From an uncultured Alphaproteobacteria bacterium (GTDB lineage Bacteria > Pseudomonadota > Alphaproteobacteria > RF32 > CAG-239): a stretch of 42,763 bases of DNA. The notes beneath the pieces are model-generated. The model saw only the letters and a program-made list of their open reading frames with translations. It was not told the origin of the DNA and ran no database searches. This document shows, in pieces, positions 36,668 through 42,763 of this stretch; positions within the stretch are counted from its first letter, which is position 1, and each line of letters starts with the position of its first letter. The DNA lies in assembly GCA_910580155.1 (NCBI GenBank), contig CAJTWX010000003.1, forward strand, positions 1 to 42,763. The letters run 5' to 3'. The translations under genes were made by a program, and so were the position numbers.

Positions 36668-37310
36668 TTTGCAAAAAGGCTCTTTCATTGGCTCTGACCT
36701 TATCATCAAATCGGTCTAAAAACCAATTGATGTCCTCGTCTTCTTCTTTAATCATCTGGTAGAAGCGTTTGCGGTATTCAATCACCATACTAACCTCGGA
36801 AATTTCCAAATCAACCGCTTGAACAGCATCGTTTAGTCCGCGTATCAACTTAAATTTAACCGGAATTTTCTCAATCTTGATATTTTTCAAAACATCACTG
36901 GGGTCAATGGTGCATTGCACGGTTGTAAATCGTGGGTGCTCTGTCACGCTGTCTATCGAAAATTTAATACCGCCATCTTCAATATTGAGGTTAAATTGCT
37001 TATACAAGCTTAAAATATAGCGCTGAAACAGCCCTCGATAGCGCTCCTTTTGCTCAGGTGTCATAATTTTGCCGTATTTCCCGATAACAAACTGTGACAC
37101 ATAGTCCAAATTAACATATTCTGTCATCATCTTATCAAGTTTTGAATATTTGACAATCGGGTCGGTTTCTGAAAGTGTCTGTAATAATTCTTGTCCTTTG
37201 CTGTTTACCCAATCGCGTGCAGCCGTACTGCTCACTGCCACCTCATCAGCAAGTGCGAGCTGTACTAAACCCAATAAACAAACACAAACGATTCTAAACA
37301 GTTTCCACAT
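36654..37310 (-). CDS. MlaC/Ttg2D-family periplasmic phospholipid-binding protein
   Basis: Signal peptide MWKLFRIVCVCLLGLVQLALA. The YVNLDYVSQFVIGKYGKIMTPEQKERYRGLFQRYILSLYKQFN block follows the MlaC pattern (D...ia..vlG..w..ls..Q...F...F...l...Y). Confidence 0.7.
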   Translation of the reverse strand: MWKLFRIVCVCLLGLVQLALADEVAVSSTAARDWVNSKGQELLQTLSETDPIVKYSKLDKMMTEYVNLDYVSQFVIGKYGKIMTPEQKERYRGLFQRYILSLYKQFNLNIEDGGIKFSIDSVTEHPRFTTVQCTIDPSDVLKNIKIEKIPVKFKLIRGLNDAVQAVDLEISEVSMVIEYRKRFYQMIKEEDEDINWFLDRFDDKVRANERAFLQKAEI

Positions 37311-37371
37311 CTATCCAATTTCCAGTTTTTAACAGATAAAGAATAACAGAAAAACATTAAAAAAACATAAA

Positions 37372-38826
37372 TTATTTTAAAACAACCAGATTTTCAAATG
37401 GTGTCGGCTGATAAAGCGCGTTAATAATTTCCGGAATAAACTTCTGTGAGTATTTGTGTTCGCCATACGCTCGGAGTGCTTGCAAATCAACATAGTCAGC
37501 CTTATAAACAAACTTCGGGCGAAATTGTAAAACAAGTGCATTGACATCAATTTTATTTTCCGTACCGTATTCTTTCTCCATCACCGGCAGCAACATATCA
37601 AGCCCGAACCAGTAGTAGCTGACATCGCGGCGGTAAATATTAAAATTCTTATCATATCCGTTCATCAGCAAATCTGCTTGATTAGAGTTTTTATGAACAT
37701 AATCTGCAAGTTTATAGTGGCTGTAACTGTTATGTCTGGCAGAAGTACTGTCTACTTGGTTAAAAATATTTCCCAAATACAAAAACAATCCTATAACACC
37801 AATAATGCAAATAATTTTGTGGCGGGGCATAATTATTTTGGTTATGGCAGATAACACCAGCGCCGCCAGCATTGTCAGCAGTGTATAATAGTTTGGATGC
37901 GGCGCAAAATAAAACCCGCGCATAATAAATTCCATAACATAGAGTGCTGCCAAAATTTTATAATATATATTTTCTTTGTTAAACAAATATAAAGCTGCCG
38001 CCAGTGCTGCTTCGTAAAAGCTGAAATAATAATTCCGATACCAAAAGGCGCCGCGTTCAAAATTAGCAACCATAGCCTGATTGAAGTTGATATTCAATTC
38101 AATATATTCCAACAATGCGTCTTGGGAATATATAAAGCCGATAAATAAAAACATTACGCCAACCGCCGGCAGGGCGGCAATTGTTGTTGCTTTAAAAGAC
38201 ATTTTCTTTTTGTAAATCAAAAATAGTATAATTCCCTCAACCCCAATCAGCAAAAGCGATATTTTTTGCAAAAAAAGAGCTGAAAGTGTAAACGCCAGAA
38301 AAGAATAAATAAGGTCGGTTGTCCGGTTTGTCCGCAAATAGCAAAACCAATAATACGTCCCGATAATAAAACAAAGGTTCATATAATTGTCCGGCCGGAA
38401 TTGTGAAAAGTTATAAACTGTGATAATGTTGCAAAGTGTCAGTGCCACAGCAAGCCACGCACCGGTTCTGCTTTCAAAAAATAACGCGATTCGGTAAATA
38501 TACCACACCGTCAGCACCGAGCAGAGAAAGCTCACGCCTCTCATCACATAAAAAATAATCACGTCATCATAAAATGCATTAACAATCGGTGCGCTTAAAT
38601 ACCACAAGAGCGGGTTATGATGCTCAAAAAAATCCGCGTAAGGCACTTTCCCGATACTGACAAGCCACGCTGCGTGCAAGTGCTCAAACTCATCCACAAT
38701 CTGAAAGCCGGAAAACACAAACGCATATAAAATCACTAATAAAGCAGCAGCCGAAAGAATCTTCAAAATCCGCATAAGTTCCTGAGAATCAAATTCAAAT
38801 AACTGCTGCTCAATAAATTTCCGCAT
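37372..38826 (-). CDS. GT-C-fold glycosyltransferase (ArnT/PMT_2, GT39/83-like) polytopic membrane protein
   Basis: First periplasmic loop VDEFEHLHAAWLVSIGKVPYADFFEHHNPLLWYL is the typical DE...H....G..PY.DF..HHPPL motif. About 12 TM helices. ATG 38826 lies 2 nt after the TGA of the upstream flavoenzyme gene; the ORF-track start 38901 overlaps that gene. Confidence 0.7.
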   Translation of the reverse strand: MRKFIEQQLFEFDSQELMRILKILSAAALLVILYAFVFSGFQIVDEFEHLHAAWLVSIGKVPYADFFEHHNPLLWYLSAPIVNAFYDDVIIFYVMRGVSFLCSVLTVWYIYRIALFFESRTGAWLAVALTLCNIITVYNFSQFRPDNYMNLCFIIGTYYWFCYLRTNRTTDLIYSFLAFTLSALFLQKISLLLIGVEGIILFLIYKKKMSFKATTIAALPAVGVMFLFIGFIYSQDALLEYIELNINFNQAMVANFERGAFWYRNYYFSFYEAALAAALYLFNKENIYYKILAALYVMEFIMRGFYFAPHPNYYTLLTMLAALVLSAITKIIMPRHKIICIIGVIGLFLYLGNIFNQVDSTSARHNSYSHYKLADYVHKNSNQADLLMNGYDKNFNIYRRDVSYYWFGLDMLLPVMEKEYGTENKIDVNALVLQFRPKFVYKADYVDLQALRAYGEHKYSQKFIPEIINALYQPTPFENLVVLK

Positions 38827-38828
38827 AA

Positions 38829-40394
38829 TCAGTTTGCCTGTTTTTCTTCGTGATAATCCGATTCGGTGTTGACCGACCAAATCTCGTTTTTGTCTTTGCA
38901 TTCACCCAAAATATAGTCAACCGCTTTCATTGCCGCTAGGGTTGAGTGGTCCATATTGTTGTAGCGGTGCATACCGTTTCTGCCGACCAAATAGAGATTG
39001 CTGAATTTATCAATAAACCGCTTAATCTCATCAAACCTGTAGTATGTACCGAAATAAGCCGGATACGCTTTTTTAACGCGGTGCGTGTAAGCATCCAACA
39101 CATCTTTTTTATCAAAAATGCCGATTTTATCAGCCTCATTCACGGCAAATTTGATAAACGTTTCATCATCATCAGTCCAGATTTTATCCTGCTCATTGCA
39201 AAAATACTCCAGCCCGATCCACACCGTGTTTTGAAAATCATTCACCAAATAGGGACTCCAGTTATTAAACACCTGAATCCGTCCGAGCTTAACCTCGCGC
39301 TCCTGCACATAAATCCACGTATCGGGCACAATGTTGTTAATCGTCTTAATAGCGGTGGTGTTTTTAAGTTTAAGCTTGTCTAAAAGCACCCCCACAACCC
39401 TAAAGTCGCGATACATCAAACCGCCCGCTGTTTGTTTAATCTCCCGTGGAACATTATTCATCGATTCGATTAAGTCTTTAACCGGCATTGTCGAAATGAA
39501 TATATCTCCCTCATAAACAGTTTTCTTGCCGTTTCTATCCGTTGTTTCTACGGCGGAAATCTTAAAGTTTTTACGGGTAATCCCTGTTACTTTCTCTCCA
39601 TAGATAATCTTGCCGCCTTTTTTCTGTACCTCTTCGGCAACGCTCTGCCACAAGTGCCCCGGTCCGTATTTGGGGTAAAAGAAACTCTCAATAAAGCTGG
39701 TTTCAACTGCACCGCCTTTTTTGCCGATAAGGTTTTGCGCCATCTGCTTTAAGACTTTCAGAATGGAAATTCCTTTAATCCGCTGCGCCCCCCATTCGGC
39801 AGAAATCTTATCACAATCAATTCCCCAAAGTTTTTCTGTATAGTCCTTAAAAAAGGTCAGATACAGCTCTTTGCCGAACCTGTTAATCATAAAGTCTTGC
39901 AAAGACTTTTCGTTTTTAATCGGAAACGCCAAAGCTTTCATATATGAGCAACCGATTTTAAACATCCGCCATAATCCAAGTCCTTTAATCGTTTCCATAT
40001 TCAAACTGACCGGATAACTGAAAAAAGTTTTAAGGTAATATATGCGCGATAGTCGATTCCTTTTAAGCATCACTTTATCGTTTTTTTCAGGGTCTGGAGC
40101 TTGGGGGAGGGGTGAAAGTTCAACATCCCGTCCTAAAATAATATCGTCTTTTGAAGGCTTGCCCTGCAGCGGCAAAATACTTAGCCACCAATTCATTACC
40201 CGTTCGGATTTCGAGAAAAAACGGTGTCCGCCCATATCGATTTTATTGTTTTTATAGTCAAGCGTAGCACTGATACCACCTGCAAAATCATTTTCTTCCA
40301 AAATAATCGGTGTAATATCAGACCGGTTCAGCAGTTCGTATGCTGCCGTTAGTCCCGCCGGTCCGGCACCAATAATGATTGCTGTTTTGCTCAT
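38829..40394 (-). CDS. NAD(P)/FAD-dependent oxidoreductase (amine-oxidase / UDP-galactopyranose-mutase-like Rossmann flavoprotein)
   Basis: N-terminal dinucleotide fold [17 protein letters not shown]...ILEEND, then [16 protein letters not shown]. 521 aa. AAGGAG lies 6 nt upstream of the ATG. Confidence 0.7.
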   Translation of the reverse strand: MSKTAIIIGAGPAGLTAAYELLNRSDITPIILEENDFAGGISATLDYKNNKIDMGGHRFFSKSERVMNWWLSILPLQGKPSKDDIILGRDVELSPLPQAPDPEKNDKVMLKRNRLSRIYYLKTFFSYPVSLNMETIKGLGLWRMFKIGCSYMKALAFPIKNEKSLQDFMINRFGKELYLTFFKDYTEKLWGIDCDKISAEWGAQRIKGISILKVLKQMAQNLIGKKGGAVETSFIESFFYPKYGPGHLWQSVAEEVQKKGGKIIYGEKVTGITRKNFKISAVETTDRNGKKTVYEGDIFISTMPVKDLIESMNNVPREIKQTAGGLMYRDFRVVGVLLDKLKLKNTTAIKTINNIVPDTWIYVQEREVKLGRIQVFNNWSPYLVNDFQNTVWIGLEYFCNEQDKIWTDDDETFIKFAVNEADKIGIFDKKDVLDAYTHRVKKAYPAYFGTYYRFDEIKRFIDKFSNLYLVGRNGMHRYNNMDHSTLAAMKAVDYILGECKDKNEIWSVNTESDYHEEKQAN

Positions 40395-40430
40395 AACTTT
40401 CTCCTTATCTCATAATATACAATATCTGAC

Positions 40431-40459
40431 TATATATCAGAGAATTAAATATTTTGCAA
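40431..40459 (-). promoter_or_regulatory. putative sigma-70 promoter of the flavoenzyme/GT-C operon
   Basis: Minus strand: TTGCAA (40459-40454), a 17-nt spacer, then TATATA (40436-40431), about 35 nt upstream of the ATG at 40394. Confidence 0.4.
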
Positions 40460-40552
40460 TGCCAAGGAATGGGGTGTTAATTAAAAAGCCTGCTCCGCAC
40501 ACATCAATCTCTCTCTTGAGGGGACGGGGTGGGATAGTGTGATAATATAAAA

Positions 40553-40584
40553 ACAAAAAAAAGGGAGGCTTACGCACTCCCTTT
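40553..40584 (-). terminator. rho-independent terminator after the pilin-like gene
   Basis: The minus strand reads AGGGAGTGCGTAAGCCTCCCT followed by TTTTTTTTGTTTTT. Confidence 0.8.
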
Positions 40585-40612
40585 CTTTGAAATTCGGGTT
40601 TAAAATTATGAC

Positions 40613-41257
40613 TTAGAGATACTTCCAAGCAATAACGTTACTGTCACCTTTGCAGGAGCTAGATGCAGCCGGCACACCAAACGGTAAACCGTGGCTACTA
40701 TCGCCTACTACAGCCAATTTATCTTGGCTTGAGCTTGTTAATGTATTACTCAAAGAAGTTACAGCTGTATTTAATGCATCTGCATCAGAAGCAGAGCCTG
40801 AAGCACCTGCTTCAATTGTCATTGCTAACAAGCCAGAGCCAGAGTCCCCGCCCCAATCGGTTGTGGCGATAGAAACGCAAGAAGCTGCCGGAATTTTACC
40901 GGTGGCAATAACAAAAGAATCATTGTCTACCATATGTTTTGTGGAGGCAATTTTAACTTTGCCGCCGAAAGCATTGGTAATATCTGAAGTGCTGGCTTTA
41001 GTTGCATCATACATTTCACCGGGGATAACACCAGTTGCAACAGCAACTTTATTGTTCAAACCGGCATAATTTTTCTGTGAAGAATACAAAGTTCTGATGT
41101 TTGTAGAAATCAAAGTAACTTGTTCAGTCATTTTGTTGGTTTTGAACTTGTTCATAGCTTTTGAATAACCAGCAATACCACCAACAGACAAAACGCCTAC
41201 GATAGCCAAAACGCCGAGCATCTCAATCATCGAACGACCTTGTTCATTTACTCTCAT
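40613..41257 (-). CDS. type IV pilin-like protein (prepilin-type N-terminal leader, atypical +1 Arg)
   Basis: AGGAG lies 7 nt upstream. MRVNEQG/RSMIEMLGVLAIVGVLSVGGIAGY has a short polar leader ending in Gly, Glu at +5, and a ~20-residue hydrophobic helix. There are two distal Cys and a Ser/Thr/Gly/Ala-rich C-terminal part. Confidence 0.7.
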   Translation of the reverse strand: MRVNEQGRSMIEMLGVLAIVGVLSVGGIAGYSKAMNKFKTNKMTEQVTLISTNIRTLYSSQKNYAGLNNKVAVATGVIPGEMYDATKASTSDITNAFGGKVKIASTKHMVDNDSFVIATGKIPAASCVSIATTDWGGDSGSGLLAMTIEAGASGSASDADALNTAVTSLSNTLTSSSQDKLAVVGDSSHGLPFGVPAASSSCKGDSNVIAWKYL

Positions 41258-41502
41258 ATTAATTCTCCTAAAATATATTGTGCCTTAACGTTATTCACTT
41301 TACATCAAAAATCGACTTTCTACAATTATGTAAATAGTCATATATCTAACGAAAGTTATAACAAGGCTGATTACCTTAAAGTTTATAAGCAGTCACACTT
41401 TAAACTTGACTTGATAATAACAAAGGATTGTTAATTTTTTACTAATGGAGAAAAGTTTTTTTATCCGGTGCTTTATTATGTGTGGCGCTCGGTTATCCGA
41501 AT

Positions 41503-41530
41503 AAAAAAGAGGATACATAAAGCATCCTCT
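41503..41530 (-). terminator. rho-independent terminator after pgk
   Basis: The minus strand reads AGAGGAT-(9 nt loop)-ATCCTCT followed by TTTTTTAT. Confidence 0.8.
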
Positions 41531-41552
41531 TTCATATCCGGCAATGCGCAGC

Positions 41553-42763
41553 CTATTTTTTCATTACGGCAACCCCAGGAAGCTCTTTGCCTTCCATCCA
41601 TTCAAGGAAAGCTCCGCCCGCCGTGGAAATATAAGTAAATTTATTTGCAACACCTGCATTTTCTAATGCGGAAACCGTATCACCGCCGCCGGCAACAGAG
41701 GTCAGTTTGCCTGCTAGGGTCAGTTCTGCTGCGTGCTGGGCAACTTTGTTGGTCGCATTGTCAAACGGTTTCATTTCAAACACGCCCAAAGGTCCGTTCC
41801 AAACTAGTGTTTTGCATTCGTCAAGCTTGGCATTGATAACGGCAATTGTCTTTTCGCCAACATCAAGCAGGCTCCAGCCTTCTGCTGGAATATCAGCAAG
41901 CGCAACAGTCTTATGTTCGGCCATCGGCTTAAATTCTTTGGAAACAACCACATCCACCGGCAAAACGATTTCGCAGTTGTTGGCTTTTGCTGTCGCCATA
42001 ATTTCTTTGGCGGTATCTAACATATCCATCTGCACTAAAGAGTTTGCTTCGTTGATGGTATTAATCCCGCTGGCTTTCATAAATGTATGTGCCATACCGC
42101 CGGAAATAACGAGCTTATCAACTTTTTTAACCAGATTGTTTAACAAATCCAACTTTGTGGAAACTTTGGAACCACCGACAATCGCAATCAACGGGCGAAC
42201 CGGATTGTTCAAACCGGTAGAAAGCGCATTAACTTCTTCTTCCATCAAAAGCCCCATAGCAGACGGGAGCAATTTTGCGGCCGCAACCATAGAGGCATGT
42301 GCGCGGTGAGCAGTGGAGAAAGCATCGGAAACATAAACATCGGCAGGTTTGACCAACTCTTTGGCAAAACCCTCATCGCCTTTTTTCTCTTCGTTGTAAA
42401 AACGTAGGTTTTCAAGCAGCAAAACTTCATCAGCTTTCATATTTTTAACTGCGTTTTCAACCTTTTCACCAATGCAGTCATCCACAAACACAACGTGCTT
42501 GCCCAATGCTTTTTCCAAGTCTTTAACAATGTGCGACAGCGAGTTTTTCATATCGCCTTTGCCTTCCGGACGCCCGAAGTGCGAAATCACCACAACTTTA
42601 GCTCCTTTGTCCATTAAAGCTTTAATTGTCGGAACCGTACGGTCAATACGCGCAGTGTTGGTAACATTGAAATTCTCGTCCATCGGCACGTTCAAGTCAG
42701 CGCGCAGCATAACAACTTTGCCGTTCAAATCGCCCAAATCTTTAATTGTTTTATTTTCTGTCA
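41553..42763 (-). CDS. pgk: phosphoglycerate kinase (start codon straddles the right window edge)
   Basis: RADLNVP, ISHFGRPEG and GGGD(T)VSA blocks. The ORF-track start 42737 is an internal TTG. The frame stays open to the window end as (A)TG ACA GAA AAT AAA ACA ATT AAA GAT TTG..., so the ATG most likely begins 1 nt outside the window. Confidence 0.92.
   Translation of the reverse strand, partial: TENKTIKDLGDLNGKVVMLRADLNVPMDENFNVTNTARIDRTVPTIKALMDKGAKVVVISHFGRPEGKGDMKNSLSHIVKDLEKALGKHVVFVDDCIGEKVENAVKNMKADEVLLLENLRFYNEEKKGDEGFAKELVKPADVYVSDAFSTAHRAHASMVAAAKLLPSAMGLLMEEEVNALSTGLNNPVRPLIAIVGGSKVSTKLDLLNNLVKKVDKLVISGGMAHTFMKASGINTINEANSLVQMDMLDTAKEIMATAKANNCEIVLPVDVVVSKEFKPMAEHKTVALADIPAEGWSLLDVGEKTIAVINAKLDECKTLVWNGPLGVFEMKPFDNATNKVAQHAAELTLAGKLTSVAGGGDTVSALENAGVANKFTYISTAGGAFLEWMEGKELPGVAVMKK

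Noticed and set aside
38829-38901. Apparent 73-nt overlap between the flavoenzyme gene and the GT-C gene. Similar long overlaps appear at lptB/lptCA (3497-3567) and mlaD1/mlaD2 (24264-24367).
   Set aside because: These are artefacts of taking the longest ORF. In each case an internal ATG gives the conserved N-terminus and a 2-8 nt junction with the upstream stop.
40437-40628. 63-aa minus-strand ORF spanning the pilin stop, the pilin terminator and the spacer.
   Set aside because: It runs through a strong terminator hairpin and overlaps the pilin 3-prime end. It has no SD, and its composition is dictated by the hairpin and the A/T runs.
41266-41290. GGCAC-N5-ATTTT just upstream of the pilin start (minus strand), a possible sigma-54 promoter of the kind used by many pilin genes.
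   Set aside because: The -12 element lacks the GC dinucleotide. The motif sits against the Shine-Dalgarno sequence, leaving no room for a 5-prime UTR. rpoN is also absent from its usual locus in this window.
41431-41445. TTAA-N7-CTAA upstream of the pilin gene, a near match to the CtrA box (TTAA-N7-TTAA) that controls pilA in Caulobacter.
   Set aside because: It is an imperfect half-site in a very AT-rich region, where such matches are expected by chance. No perfect CtrA box was seen in any intergenic region.
1-42763. Searched the gaps on both strands for tRNA, rRNA, tmRNA, SRP RNA, RNase P RNA, CRISPR repeats, IS elements, integrases and toxin-antitoxin pairs.
   Set aside because: No intergenic gap shows cloverleaf-type pairing, regularly spaced direct repeats or terminal inverted repeats. 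No ORF has transposase or integrase motifs. A by-eye scan cannot exclude short or degenerate elements.

Overview
This is a densely packed chromosomal segment from a low-GC Gram-negative bacterium. I read it as an alphaproteobacterium. The evidence is GcrA, a DUF2155 protein next to mlaD, alpha-type ribosomal protein L36, and four syntenies: hflK-hflC-degP, rpoZ-spoT-DUF2062-acpS, leuS-lptE-holA and lptB-hpf-ptsN. I count about 40 protein genes. I see no rRNA, tRNA, CRISPR array, transposase, integrase or phage genes.

Most genes are housekeeping or envelope biogenesis:
- LPS transport and synthesis: kdsD, lptC/A, lptB, lptE.
- Mla/MCE lipid trafficking: two mlaD, DUF2155, an mlaC-like gene.
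- Proteases and membrane quality control: hflKC, degP, clpPX.
- Other core functions: holA, holC, ettA, spoT, rpoZ, acpS, pgk.

Parts that housekeeping does not explain:
1. leuS is cut by one in-frame TAA at a conserved Lys/Arg codon, with an ATG 12 nt downstream.
2. A single ORF covers both LptC and LptA. rpoN is missing from the lptB-hpf-ptsN cluster.
3. An operon encodes a TolC-like lipoprotein with a C-terminal cadherin/Ig-like domain plus a GT-C-like polytopic membrane protein. It is divergent from an orphan VirB8-family gene.
4. An orphan, atypical type IV pilin-like gene sits directly upstream of a flavoenzyme plus GT-C glycosyltransferase operon. This may be a pilin or envelope glycosylation module.
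5. Several lineage-specific hypothetical proteins are present. One is translationally coupled to holA and one is LRR-like.

All family calls come from motifs recognised by eye. No searches or computations were run.
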